This document shows, in pieces, positions 6,611 to 15,318 of a stretch of 15,318 bases of DNA (its first letter is position 1; the number at the start of each line of letters is the position of its first letter). The DNA is from Archangium sp. GTDB lineage: Bacteria; Myxococcota; Myxococcia; Myxococcales; Myxococcaceae. The notes beneath the pieces were generated by a model. That model saw only the letters and a list, made by a program, of their open reading frames with translations, ran no database searches and was not told where the DNA came from. The stretch lies in the NCBI GenBank assembly GCA_031367385.1, contig JANLPS010000249.1, positions 1 to 15,318 of the forward strand. The letters run 5' to 3'. The position numbers and the translations under genes were made by a program.

Positions 6611-8119
6611 ATGCAGCTCGCTCGCAAAATCACGCTCCCCCTCGCGCTGGCGGTGTTCGCCGTGCTCGGGGTCTCGGCCTTTTTCAGCGTGCAGCAAGAG
6701 CTCGATCTGTACGGCCAAGACGTCAAGCGAGACCAGGCCATCTCGGCCCGGGTGCTCTCGTTGGCGATCAGCCATGAAGCCGAGCGCAGCTCGCCCGAAG
6801 AAGCGCTCAAGATGGTCAACGAGGCCAATCGCGATCAGACGCGGCTGCTCTTCTTGTTTGTGCCCGATGACGAGCTGGTCACCAAGGGCTCGCTCGAACC
6901 AGACGCCATCGCGGCCTTGCAGCGCGGTGAAACCGTCTTTCACGTCGACAAAGAAGAATGGGGCTCGGCTTCGACCTTCGCGCCCCTCTCTTTTGCCGAT
7001 GGCAGCGGTGGGGCTTTGTGGGTGCAGGAGCCGCTGATCGCTCAACGCGAGTCGATTCAACGCATCGTCGTCTCGCAGATCTTCACCGCAGTGGTGCTCG
7101 GCATCGTGTGGGCCCTGGTCGCCATCGGCCTGGGCGCGATCATCATCGGGCGGCCGATGAAAAAGGCCGCCGAGAAGGCGCGGCGGGTCGGCACCGGTGA
7201 CCTCTCAGGCCCGCTGGTGATCGAGCAAAACGACGAGATTGGCGACCTGGCCCGCGAGCTGAACAAGATGTGCGACGAGCTGCTCCTCGCCCGCAACCGG
7301 CTCGAGACCGAGGTCACCGCCCGGCTGCAAACCCAGGAGCAGCTGCGCCACGCCGACCGCCTCAACACCGTCGGCAAGCTCGCGTCGGGCATCGCGCATG
7401 AGCTGGGCACCCCGTTGAACGTGGTGGCGGCGCGGGGTCGCATGGCGGCCTCAGGCGAGGTGGCTGGCGCAGACGCACAGAACAACGGCAAGGTCATCGT
7501 GCAGCAGGCCGAGTCGATGACCCGCATCATTCGGCAGCTGCTCGACTTCGCCCGGCGCGCTTCACCGGCGAAGACCCACGAGTCGCTCAACACGCTCATC
7601 TCGCAGACGATCTCGATGCTCGGGCCGCTGGCAGAGAAGCAGCAGTGCGAGGTCTCGCTGACCCAGAGCCCCGTCGTCTTCGCCGAGATCGACCGCGGGC
7701 AGATTCAACAAGCGATCACCAACCTGGTGGTCAACGCGCTCCAGGCCCTGCCGCCACGCGGGTCGATCACCCTCGCGATTCTTCGCGAGAACGCACGCCC
7801 TCCAGCCGACGTGGGTGGCCCGGAGAGCGCTTACGCCCGCATCGTCGTGCGCGACACCGGCCCCGGCATTGCCCCCGCGGTGTTGCCCCGCATCTTCGAG
7901 CCGTTCTTCACCACCAAAGACGTCGGTGAAGGCACTGGGCTCGGGCTCTCGGTGACCTGGGGCATCGTGCGCGATCACCGCGGGTGGATCTCGGTGAGCA
8001 GCGAGCTGGGCCAAGGCACCGAGTTTTCAATCTATTTACCCGCGACCGAAGACCCGACGTTCAGCATCGGGAGCAAGTCGCTGGGCCGGTCGCCGTCGGG
8101 CGAGAACCGCGCGGCATGA
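6611..8119 (+). CDS. Membrane sensor histidine kinase (2 TM, HAMP, HisKA, HATPase_c; NtrB-like class)
   Basis: H-box SGIAHELGTPL, N-box NLVVNA, G1 DTGPGI, F-box IFEPFFTTK and G2 GTGLGL. HAMP segment NDEIGDLARELNKM. RBS GGAGG at 6602. Confidence 0.96.
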   Translation: MQLARKITLPLALAVFAVLGVSAFFSVQQELDLYGQDVKRDQAISARVLSLAISHEAERSSPEEALKMVNEANRDQTRLLFLFVPDDELVTKGSLEPDAIAALQRGETVFHVDKEEWGSASTFAPLSFADGSGGALWVQEPLIAQRESIQRIVVSQIFTAVVLGIVWALVAIGLGAIIIGRPMKKAAEKARRVGTGDLSGPLVIEQNDEIGDLARELNKMCDELLLARNRLETEVTARLQTQEQLRHADRLNTVGKLASGIAHELGTPLNVVAARGRMAASGEVAGADAQNNGKVIVQQAESMTRIIRQLLDFARRASPAKTHESLNTLISQTISMLGPLAEKQQCEVSLTQSPVVFAEIDRGQIQQAITNLVVNALQALPPRGSITLAILRENARPPADVGGPESAYARIVVRDTGPGIAPAVLPRIFEPFFTTKDVGEGTGLGLSVTWGIVRDHRGWISVSSELGQGTEFSIYLPATEDPTFSIGSKSLGRSPSGENRAA

Positions 8120-8156
8120 GCAGCAACGTGAAGGTTTTGCCCAGAGGTCACCACAC

Positions 8157-9527
8157 ATGATGGGTCGAGTTTTGGTCGTTGAAGACGATGCGGCGATGGC
8201 GCAGTTGCTCGATGAGGGCCTGACGCGCCGTGGGTTCACCGTGACCGCCGTTCACACCGGCGATGCCGCGTTGGTCGCGTTCAAGACGACTGACTTCGAC
8301 GCGGTCGTCACCGACTTGCACATGAAGGGCCTCGATGGCTTGGCGTTGTGCGAGCGCATCGTGGCGGGTCACCCGGGCACTCCGGTCATCGTCGTGACCG
8401 CGTTCGGCAGCCTCGAGACGGCGATCAAAGCCATTCGCGCCGGCGCCTATGACTTCATCACCAAGCCCTTCGAGCTCGAGGCTTTGGCCCTGGCCCTGGT
8501 TCGCGCGGTGCAGCACCGCCAGCTGCGCGACGAGGTTCGCCGGCTGCGAGACGAGGTCGGTCAATCGAAGGGGTTCTCGGGCATCGTCGGAGAAAGCCAG
8601 CCGATGAAGGAGGTTCGGCAGCTGCTCACCCGCATCTCTGACACCGATACGTCGGTGCTCATCAGCGGCGAGAGCGGCACCGGCAAAGAGGTGGTCGCGC
8701 GAGCGATTCATGAGCAGAGCCGCCGACGCGCTGGGCCCTTCGTGGCGATCAACTGCGCCGCGATGCCCGAGCCGCTGCTCGAGAGCGAGCTGTTCGGCCA
8801 CTCGAAGGGCGCGTTCACTGATGCCCGGCAGTCACGGGCCGGGCTGTTCACCCGCGCACAGGGTGGCACGCTCTTTCTCGATGAGATCGGCGAGATGCCG
8901 CTGGGCTTGCAGCCGAAGCTGCTGCGCGCCCTGCAAGAGCGAACGATTCGCCCGGTCGGCAGTGATGAAGAAATGCCGTTCGACGCCCGCATCATCTCGG
9001 CCTCGAACCGCGACCTCGAGACCGCCATCGAAGAGAAGCGCTTTCGTGAAGACCTGTTCTTTCGAATCAACGTGATCAATGTGCACCTGCCGCCGCTGCG
9101 GGTGCGCAGCAATGACGTGCTGCTGCTCGCCCAACACTTCGTGCGCATCTTCGCCGAGAAGGGCCGCAAGAACGTGGTCGGGCTCTCGCCGCAGGCCGCC
9201 GACAAGCTGATCGCCTACGCTTGGCCTGGCAACGTGCGCGAGCTGCAGAACGTGATCGAGCGGGCCGTCGCGCTGACCACCTATGAGCAGCTGACCCCGC
9301 AAGATCTGCCCGAGAAGATTCAGAGACCGCGGCCGCAAGACACCAGCTCCAACGCCGAAGACGTGTTGATCTCGATGGAAGAAGTCGAGCGCCGCCACAT
9401 TCTGCGCGTGCTCCAGGCGGTGAACGGTCACCGCACCCAGGCCTCCAAGATCTTGGGGCTCGATCGCAAGACGCTGTACCGAAAGCTCGAGCGCTACGGT
9501 CAGCCTGAAGAACAGGCCGTCTCATAA
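8157..9527 (+). CDS. Sigma-54-dependent NtrC-family response regulator (REC-AAA+-Fis HTH)
   Basis: REC motifs VVEDD, TDLHM and FITKPF. Walker A GESGTGKE, GAFTDA loop, Walker B FLDEIGE, FREDLFFRIN, WPGNVRELQN and HTH ILGLDRKTLYRKL. The start may be 8157 or 8160. Confidence 0.97.
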   Translation: MMGRVLVVEDDAAMAQLLDEGLTRRGFTVTAVHTGDAALVAFKTTDFDAVVTDLHMKGLDGLALCERIVAGHPGTPVIVVTAFGSLETAIKAIRAGAYDFITKPFELEALALALVRAVQHRQLRDEVRRLRDEVGQSKGFSGIVGESQPMKEVRQLLTRISDTDTSVLISGESGTGKEVVARAIHEQSRRRAGPFVAINCAAMPEPLLESELFGHSKGAFTDARQSRAGLFTRAQGGTLFLDEIGEMPLGLQPKLLRALQERTIRPVGSDEEMPFDARIISASNRDLETAIEEKRFREDLFFRINVINVHLPPLRVRSNDVLLLAQHFVRIFAEKGRKNVVGLSPQAADKLIAYAWPGNVRELQNVIERAVALTTYEQLTPQDLPEKIQRPRPQDTSSNAEDVLISMEEVERRHILRVLQAVNGHRTQASKILGLDRKTLYRKLERYGQPEEQAVS

Positions 9528-9529
9528 CC

Positions 9530-10834
9530 ATGCGGTGCTTCAGCCTGTTCGTCGTTTTCTCGGCCCTGCCCGCGTTGGCACAGACCGCTCCCGTTCTCGA
9601 GCTGGCGCACCTGCCACCACCCAACGCCGTGGCCGAGCTGGTGTGGGAGCACTCCCCTGACCTGGCCGTCGCCCGCGCCCGGGTCGGCCTGGCCGAGGCC
9701 GAGGTCATTCGCGCGAGCGTCTTCACCAACCCGAGCTTCGACTTCGGGTGGACGGGCATCGCCGTGGGAGAGACCAACCCCGCGGGGCTGAGCCTGGCAC
9801 AGACACCGAGCTACGCCTTCACGCTGAGCCAGACCTTCGAGCTTGGCAAACGCGGGCCCCGTCAGGCGGCGGCCCAGGCCTCGAAGCGCGCCGTCTCATT
9901 CGACCTCTGGGAGGCGCTGCGGCAGCGGTTCATCGATGTGCAGATTCGGGTCGCCGAGGTGGCGTCGGCGGAGGTTCGCGTTCAGGCCTTGAGCGACGCC
10001 GCCGCTGACGCTTCGAAGCTCTCGGTGCTGCAGCAGGCCCGGGCGAGCAAGGGTGACACGTCGGGGCTCGACTCCGACCGCGCGCGGCTCGAGGAGCAGA
10101 AGATCTTGTCGAACCTCGGCGAGGCGACCGAGAACCTGCAGAGCGCGCTGATTGAATGCGCGCATGCCATCGGCATCACCTGTGTGCCGTTCGGCGACCC
10201 GATCTCCGCGCAAGACTTTCTCGAGAAGGCCCGATCGATCGAGCCCGCCCTCGAGCTGGCGCTTCGGCCCGACTTGAAGTCGCTCGAAGCCCAGAGTGAC
10301 GCCGCGGCACAGCTCGCGACCCTGGCTGACCGACGGGCCATCCCCGACCCGACCGTGCGGGTGGGGTATGTGCGCGATCAACTCGTCATCGCGGGCGACC
10401 AGCCCAACGCGTTGTTCGTTGGGGTCACCCTGCCCCTGCCGTTCTTCGATCACGGCCAGGCCGACGCAGAGGCCGCGCGGGTTCAAGCCGAGACCGCCGA
10501 TCGCACGAGGGTGCTGCTCTCTGAGCTGGGTCGGCGCGACATCGATCGCCTCGCCCGGCAGCTCGAACAGGCCAAGAAGCGCCAGGCCACGCTCACGATG
10601 CAGACCCTGCCATTGGCTCGTCAGGTCGTCGACTCGCTTCGCAAGACCGTGCTGGTCGGCGGCGCCCCGATTCAAGACCTGCTGCTCGCCCGCCGTACCC
10701 TCGAGGAGCTGATCGTCGACTCCGCCGATGTCGATTTGCTGGTCTTTCGCCTCGCGCTCGCGCTCGACCGGGTGACTGGCCGGGGCGCTCCGGTGCCCAA
10801 GGCCCTCGAAGCCGCTGTTCGCAATTCTCCTTAA
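9530..10834 (+). CDS. czcC: TolC/CzcC-family outer membrane efflux protein
   Basis: Signal peptide and OEP repeats (SPDLAVARA...LSQTFELGKR; RPDLKSLEA...GVTLPLPFFDHGQ). First gene of a CBA triad. Confidence 0.88.
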   Translation: MRCFSLFVVFSALPALAQTAPVLELAHLPPPNAVAELVWEHSPDLAVARARVGLAEAEVIRASVFTNPSFDFGWTGIAVGETNPAGLSLAQTPSYAFTLSQTFELGKRGPRQAAAQASKRAVSFDLWEALRQRFIDVQIRVAEVASAEVRVQALSDAAADASKLSVLQQARASKGDTSGLDSDRARLEEQKILSNLGEATENLQSALIECAHAIGITCVPFGDPISAQDFLEKARSIEPALELALRPDLKSLEAQSDAAAQLATLADRRAIPDPTVRVGYVRDQLVIAGDQPNALFVGVTLPLPFFDHGQADAEAARVQAETADRTRVLLSELGRRDIDRLARQLEQAKKRQATLTMQTLPLARQVVDSLRKTVLVGGAPIQDLLLARRTLEELIVDSADVDLLVFRLALALDRVTGRGAPVPKALEAAVRNSP

Positions 10835-10865
10835 TTGATTGCCTTTTTGAAGTTGGAGCTGACCG

Positions 10866-12059
10866 ATGTCTGAAATTCCTGCCTCTGCTGACACCGTCGA
10901 AAAGTCGAGCGTCTCTTCAGGCCCGCTGCGCTGGGGGGTGGGCGCTGCGGTGATCGTCGCGTTGGCGATCGCCGCCTACTTCGGGCTCAAAGGCCCAGCG
11001 AAGGCTCCAGCCGCCGAGGCGAATGGCGTCAAGGTCGACGGCGAGCTGGTGATCATCGCAAAGGGGGCTCCGCAGTGGCAGTACCTCGAGGTGCTCACCG
11101 CTGCGATGGGCACCGCGATCAAGCCGTTGCCGGTGCCAGGCCGGGTCGAGTTCGACGAGAACCGCTCGGCGTCGGTCGGCGTGCCCCTGCCCGGCCGGGT
11201 CGAGAACGTACTGGTGCGGTTCGGAGACCGGGTCAAAAAGGGTCAGAAGCTGATCTCGGTGCGCTCGGGGGCGTTCGCAGACCTCGACCGTGAGCTCGCC
11301 AGCGCGCGTGAAGGCGTCGAGGTGAAGAAGCGGGTACTCGATCGGTTGACTGACCTGGTGAAGCTGCAGGCCGCTCCTGAGAAAGAGCAGATCGCGGCCG
11401 CCGCCGAGCTCAAAGAGGCCGAGCTGCAGCTCAAGGCCGCGCTCGCCAAGCACAGCAGCCTCTCGGTCTCGAGCGATGGCGACAACCTGTTCTGGGTGAC
11501 CGCTCCGCGCGACGGCACGGTAGTCGAGCATGACGTCTTCGTGAGCCAAGAAGTCGGGCCCGACCGTGAGAAACCCCTGCTGCGCATCTCGAACCTGGGA
11601 GAAGTGCTCGTCATCGGCGACGTCGCCGAGCGTGACGCGGGTGACCTGAAGCCTGACCAGGAGGTCGACATCGTCAGCGAGCTGGGCTCGACGGTGAAAA
11701 AAGGCGTGATCGAGCGGGTCTCAGAGGTGGTCGACCCGCGGCGGCACACGGTCGAGATTCGCATTCGGGTGCAGAACGAAGATCGGTTCTTGCGCCCCAA
11801 CGCCTTCGTCGAGGCCACCTTCAGCGTCGACCCCAACGCGAAGTACATCGTGGTGCCGTCAGAGGCGGTGGTAACCGAGGGCGAGCGCGCGATGATCTTC
11901 GTTCAGAACGCGAACGGCACGCTGCGGAGAACTCCGGTCAAGCCAGGCCGAGCACGTGATGGCCTGGTCGAAATTCGCAGCGGCCTCGAGCCGGGCACCA
12001 AGTTCATCGGCAAGGGCGCGCTGTTGCTGCTCAATCAGGTCGACCTGGCGGCGAACTAA
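10866..12059 (+). CDS. czcB: RND efflux periplasmic adaptor (CzcB-like membrane fusion protein)
   Basis: N-terminal TM anchor, lipoyl-like halves GDRVKKGQKL and VTAPRDGTVVE, VDPRRHTVEIRI, LRPNAFV and VEIRSGLEPG. RBS GGAG at 10854. Confidence 0.92.
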   Translation: MSEIPASADTVEKSSVSSGPLRWGVGAAVIVALAIAAYFGLKGPAKAPAAEANGVKVDGELVIIAKGAPQWQYLEVLTAAMGTAIKPLPVPGRVEFDENRSASVGVPLPGRVENVLVRFGDRVKKGQKLISVRSGAFADLDRELASAREGVEVKKRVLDRLTDLVKLQAAPEKEQIAAAAELKEAELQLKAALAKHSSLSVSSDGDNLFWVTAPRDGTVVEHDVFVSQEVGPDREKPLLRISNLGEVLVIGDVAERDAGDLKPDQEVDIVSELGSTVKKGVIERVSEVVDPRRHTVEIRIRVQNEDRFLRPNAFVEATFSVDPNAKYIVVPSEAVVTEGERAMIFVQNANGTLRRTPVKPGRARDGLVEIRSGLEPGTKFIGKGALLLLNQVDLAAN

Positions 12060-12063
12060 GATC

Positions 12064-15000
12064 ATGGAAAAGCTCGTCTCGTTCTCGCTGCAGAACAAGG
12101 GCGCCGTGCTGTTCGTCACGTTGGTGGTGGCGGTGTGGGGGTGGCTTTCGTTTCGAGACCTCACCATCGAGGCTTTTCCTGACCCGACCGATACGCAGGT
12201 CAACGTCATCACCCTCTTCGCCGGCCAGCCGTCAGAAGAGGTCGAGCGGCAAATCGGGTTGCCGCTGGAGCGCTCGCTCAACGGCACTCCGGGCCTCAAT
12301 CGGCTTCGCAACATCTCGCTGTTCGGGCTCTCGTACATCACCCTCACCTTCAACGACGGGGTCGATGTGTTGCAGGCGCGGCAGCAGGTGCTCGAGCGGC
12401 TGCGCGACGCTGATTTGCCTGAAGGCGTCACGCCTGAACTGGGCGCGCTGGCGACGCCGATCGGTGAGATCTACCGCTACACGCTGACCGGCGCGGGCGG
12501 AGACCCGATGAAGCTGCGCACCCTGCAGGACTGGATCGTGCGACCGATGATCTTGCGCACCAACGGTGTCGCCGACGTCACCGGCTATGGCGGTTTGATC
12601 AAAGAAATTCACGTGTTGCCCGACCCGTCGCAATTGGCGGCGTTCGGCCTCACCTTGCAAGACGTCGACACGGCGATTCGCGAAGGCTCGCTCAACGCCA
12701 GCGGTGGCACGCTCGAGCGCGGCGCGGAGCAGTTCGTCATTCGATCTGATGGCCTCTTTCACACCCTCGATGACCTGCGCGACGTACGGGTGGCGACGCA
12801 CGAGGGCACTCCGGTGTTCTTGAAGAACGTGGCGGAGATCACCGAGGGCTGGGCCCCGCGGCAAGGGGTCGTGAACCGGGGCGGCGACACCGATGCGATT
12901 CAGGGCATCGTGCTGATGCGCCGAGGCGAGAACCCGTCGGCGGTTCTCGAGCGCATCAAGACCTCGCTCGAGGCCATCAACAAGCGGCTCGAGCCTGAAG
13001 GCGTGAAGGTGACTCCGTTTTATGACCGCACCGATCTGGTCAACACCACCTTGACCACTGTCGGGCACAACCTGCTCGAGGGCGCGCTGCTGGTGACCTT
13101 CGTGCTGTTCATCTTCTTGCTCGACCTGCGGGCGTCGATCATCGTCGCTTTGCTGATACCGATTTCGCTGCTCTCGTCGTTCATCTACCTGAAGCTGCGG
13201 GGCATGTCGGCGAACCTGCTCTCGATGGGCGCGGTCGACTTCGGCGTCATCGTCGACGGCGGCGTGGTGATCATCGAGTCGATTCTCTTTCGGCTCAGCC
13301 ACGCGCATGATCACGGCTCTCACGCTGAGGGCACCACCATCGAAGAGCGCATTCGCCGCGCGACGGTGAGCGTGGTGCGACCAACGGTGTACTCGCTGCT
13401 GATCATCATGGCGGCGTACTTGCCGATCTTCATGCTCGAGCGGGTCGAGGGGCGCATGTTCTCGCCGATGGCCAACACCGTCGTCAGCGCGCTGGTCGGA
13501 GCGCTGGTGTTCTCGGTCACCCTGGTGCCGGTGCTCGCCGCGTTGACCTATCGAAAGGCGATCGTTCACAGAGAGTCGCCGGTGCTGAAATTTGCCGCGC
13601 GCGGGTACGCCCCTGCCTTGGCCTGGAGCCTCAAGAACCCCGCCATCGTGCTGGGCCTCGCCACGGTCGGGTTGCTCGCCGCGGTGTTCACCGTGCCGAA
13701 GCTCGGCAGCGAGTTCTTGCCTGAGCTCAATGAGGGCAGCCTGTACGTGACCATCACCCTGCCCTCGAACATCTCGTTGTCAGAGGGCCGCAAGTTGACG
13801 CCGAAGGTCGTGGCATTGCTGCAGGCCGCCCCTGAGGTCGACCAGGTGATGTCGCAGCTGGGCCGCCCCGATGATGGCACCGACCCGTCGCTCAACAACA
13901 ACCTCGAGATTTTCGTGAAGCTCAAGGCGCCCGAAGAGTGGCCCAAAGACACCCGCTCGCTCAGCGACGTGATCGACCGGCTCGGCAAGCAGCTCGACGG
14001 CATACCCGGCATCGAGGTGAACTTCAGCCAGCCAATTCGCGACAACGTCGCCGACAGCATCAGCGGGCAAAAGGGGCAGATCGCGGTGAAGCTCTACGGC
14101 GATGACCTGGGGCAGCTGCAGAAGCACGCCGAGAAAGTGAAGGCGATCATCGCGGGCATCGACGGAGTCGCCGACCTGGGCATCGTCAAGAGTGGCGTGG
14201 TGCCGCAGATTCAAGTCAGCCCCGACCGGGTCGCGTTGGCGCGGTACGGCATGCCGCTCGGCGAGTTTCAGCACGTGTTTCAGACCGCCATCGGCGGCCG
14301 GCCCGTCGGCGAGTTCTGGGAGGGCGAGCGGCGCTTCGACGTGGTGATGCGCCTGCCCCTCTCATCGCGAGACGACGTCGAAAAGATTCGAAAGCTTCGC
14401 GTGCCCGTCGAGGGCGGCGTGACGGTGCCGCTCGAAGCGCTGGCCAGGGTCGGCGTGGGCTTCGGCCGGGCGTCGATCAACCGAGAAAACGGCCGGCGCT
14501 ACATCGGCATTCGCATGAACGTGCGAGGCCGCGACATGGGCAGCTTCGTGAACGACGCTCGCGCGATGGTCGAGGAGAAGGCCCCGTTGCCGCAGGGCAT
14601 CACCTCTGAGTGGGGCGGCGAGTTCGAGAGCAAAGAACGCGCGATGCACCGCCTGCTGACGGTGGTGCCGGTGGCCCTGCTCTTGACCTTGTTGTTGCTG
14701 TTCAAGGCGTACGACTCGTTTCCACGCGCGGTGCTGACGCTGCTGAATGTGCCGTTCGCGTTGATGGGAGGGGTGTTCGGGTTGGCCTTCGCCGGCATGC
14801 CGTTGTCAGTGGCAGCCGCGGTCGGGTTCATCGCGCTGATTGGCCAGGCATCGCTCAATGGCGTGCTGGTGATGTCAGCGATTGCCGAACGTCGTAACCG
14901 TGGAGAACCCCTTCAAGATTCAATCGTTCACGGGGCGACGGAGCGACTGCGACCGGTGCTGATGACGGCCTCGCTGGCCGCGTTGGGCCTGGTGCCTGCC

Positions 15001-15198
15001 GCGGTGAGCCGGGGCATCGGCTCGGAGATGCAGAAGCCGCTGGCAGTGGTGATCGTCGCGGGCACCATCTCTGCGTGCGTGCTGACGCTGGTGTTGCTGC
15101 CGGTGATGTACCAGCAGTACGAGCGGTTGATGGCTCGGCTGTCACCGGCGGTCGACAAGGCGCGCAACAAACGGCCGCCGCCGGTAGCCCACGCGTAG
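12064..15198 (+). CDS. czcA: Heavy-metal efflux RND permease (CzcA/ZneA-type, CusA/CzcA family)
   Basis: IEAFPD, EEVERQI, GEIYRY, TM4 SANLLSMGAVDFGVIVDGGVVIIE, GSEFLPELNEG, ERLRPVLMTA and GSEMQKPLAVV. The start is ATG 12064 (MEKLVSFSL), 4 bp after the adaptor stop. Confidence 0.95.
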   Translation: MEKLVSFSLQNKGAVLFVTLVVAVWGWLSFRDLTIEAFPDPTDTQVNVITLFAGQPSEEVERQIGLPLERSLNGTPGLNRLRNISLFGLSYITLTFNDGVDVLQARQQVLERLRDADLPEGVTPELGALATPIGEIYRYTLTGAGGDPMKLRTLQDWIVRPMILRTNGVADVTGYGGLIKEIHVLPDPSQLAAFGLTLQDVDTAIREGSLNASGGTLERGAEQFVIRSDGLFHTLDDLRDVRVATHEGTPVFLKNVAEITEGWAPRQGVVNRGGDTDAIQGIVLMRRGENPSAVLERIKTSLEAINKRLEPEGVKVTPFYDRTDLVNTTLTTVGHNLLEGALLVTFVLFIFLLDLRASIIVALLIPISLLSSFIYLKLRGMSANLLSMGAVDFGVIVDGGVVIIESILFRLSHAHDHGSHAEGTTIEERIRRATVSVVRPTVYSLLIIMAAYLPIFMLERVEGRMFSPMANTVVSALVGALVFSVTLVPVLAALTYRKAIVHRESPVLKFAARGYAPALAWSLKNPAIVLGLATVGLLAAVFTVPKLGSEFLPELNEGSLYVTITLPSNISLSEGRKLTPKVVALLQAAPEVDQVMSQLGRPDDGTDPSLNNNLEIFVKLKAPEEWPKDTRSLSDVIDRLGKQLDGIPGIEVNFSQPIRDNVADSISGQKGQIAVKLYGDDLGQLQKHAEKVKAIIAGIDGVADLGIVKSGVVPQIQVSPDRVALARYGMPLGEFQHVFQTAIGGRPVGEFWEGERRFDVVMRLPLSSRDDVEKIRKLRVPVEGGVTVPLEALARVGVGFGRASINRENGRRYIGIRMNVRGRDMGSFVNDARAMVEEKAPLPQGITSEWGGEFESKERAMHRLLTVVPVALLLTLLLLFKAYDSFPRAVLTLLNVPFALMGGVFGLAFAGMPLSVAAAVGFIALIGQASLNGVLVMSAIAERRNRGEPLQDSIVHGATERLRPVLMTASLAALGLVPAAVSRGIGSEMQKPLAVVIVAGTISACVLTLVLLPVMYQQYERLMARLSPAVDKARNKRPPPVAHA

Positions 15199-15199
15199 T

Positions 15200-15288
15200 G
15201 GCCGGGCAGCGCGTGCCGGCCCGCCATGTGGCTACATGAACCTCAAGCAGCACGAACATGAAAATGCCCAGGGCCCCTTGCTCTGGGC
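15200..15288 (+). terminator. Two GC-rich hairpins after the RND permease (possible terminator)
   Basis: GGCCGGGCA/TGCCGGCC (15200-15221, one bulge) and GCCCAGGGC/GCTCTGGGC (15266-15288, one G-U pair) followed by CGTACTTT. Neither has a strong U-tract. Confidence 0.35.
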
Positions 15289-15318
15289 CGTACTTTGACC
15301 ACCCCCGGCATGGAAATG

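Noticed and set aside
8808..8825. GAFTDA instead of GAFTGA in the sigma-54 activator
   Set aside because: This is a common natural variant among enhancer-binding proteins. The key F and T are intact, so it is not evidence of inactivity or novelty.
11956..12063. N-terminal extensions in the ORF track (RND from 11956, DsbA from 2688, barrel from 6003, HAD from 1260)
   Set aside because: They overlap neighbouring genes or promoters and precede the family-typical N termini, so downstream starts were chosen.
12232..13569. Long antisense ORFs (445 aa here; also 9896-10894, 3976-4887 and 2868-3713)
   Set aside because: These are typical shadow ORFs of high-GC coding DNA lying opposite well-supported genes, with no recognisable motifs.
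15306..15318. CGGCATGGAAATG at the window edge as a sigma-54 promoter or next start codon
   Set aside because: It is truncated by the window end and cannot be evaluated.
1..15318. CRISPR arrays, tRNA/rRNA, transposases, integrases or defence genes
   Set aside because: By eye I found no regularly spaced DNA repeats, cloverleaf or rRNA signatures, or recombinase/nuclease motifs.

Overview
GC-rich bacterial DNA. The gene content (sigma-54 enhancer-binding regulator with a GAFTDA loop, HAMP kinase, several orphan exported proteins) suggests a myxobacterium or related Myxococcota, which is an inference. Left half (1-6.5 kb): a 5'-truncated hypothetical CDS, a HAD phosphatase, a glycine-rich membrane protein, a tightly packed + strand run (LpcC-like GT4 glycosyltransferase, FrnE-like DsbA oxidoreductase, DUF6665-like protein, and an exported beta-strand-rich protein built from two duplicated halves), then a DUF2203 protein and a putative small beta-barrel on the - strand, and an Hsp20 gene with a heat-shock-type promoter and a terminator hairpin. 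Right half (6.6-15.2 kb): a five-gene unit of HAMP histidine kinase, NtrC-family sigma-54 regulator and a CzcCBA/ZneCAB-type heavy-metal RND efflux system, preceded by a candidate sigma-54 -24/-12 promoter and phased repeat motifs. I saw no rRNA, tRNA, CRISPR array or mobile element. The most unusual item is the duplicated 'NPxYAARPDNTGL' outer-membrane protein. Family names come from recalled motifs; no database search was run.
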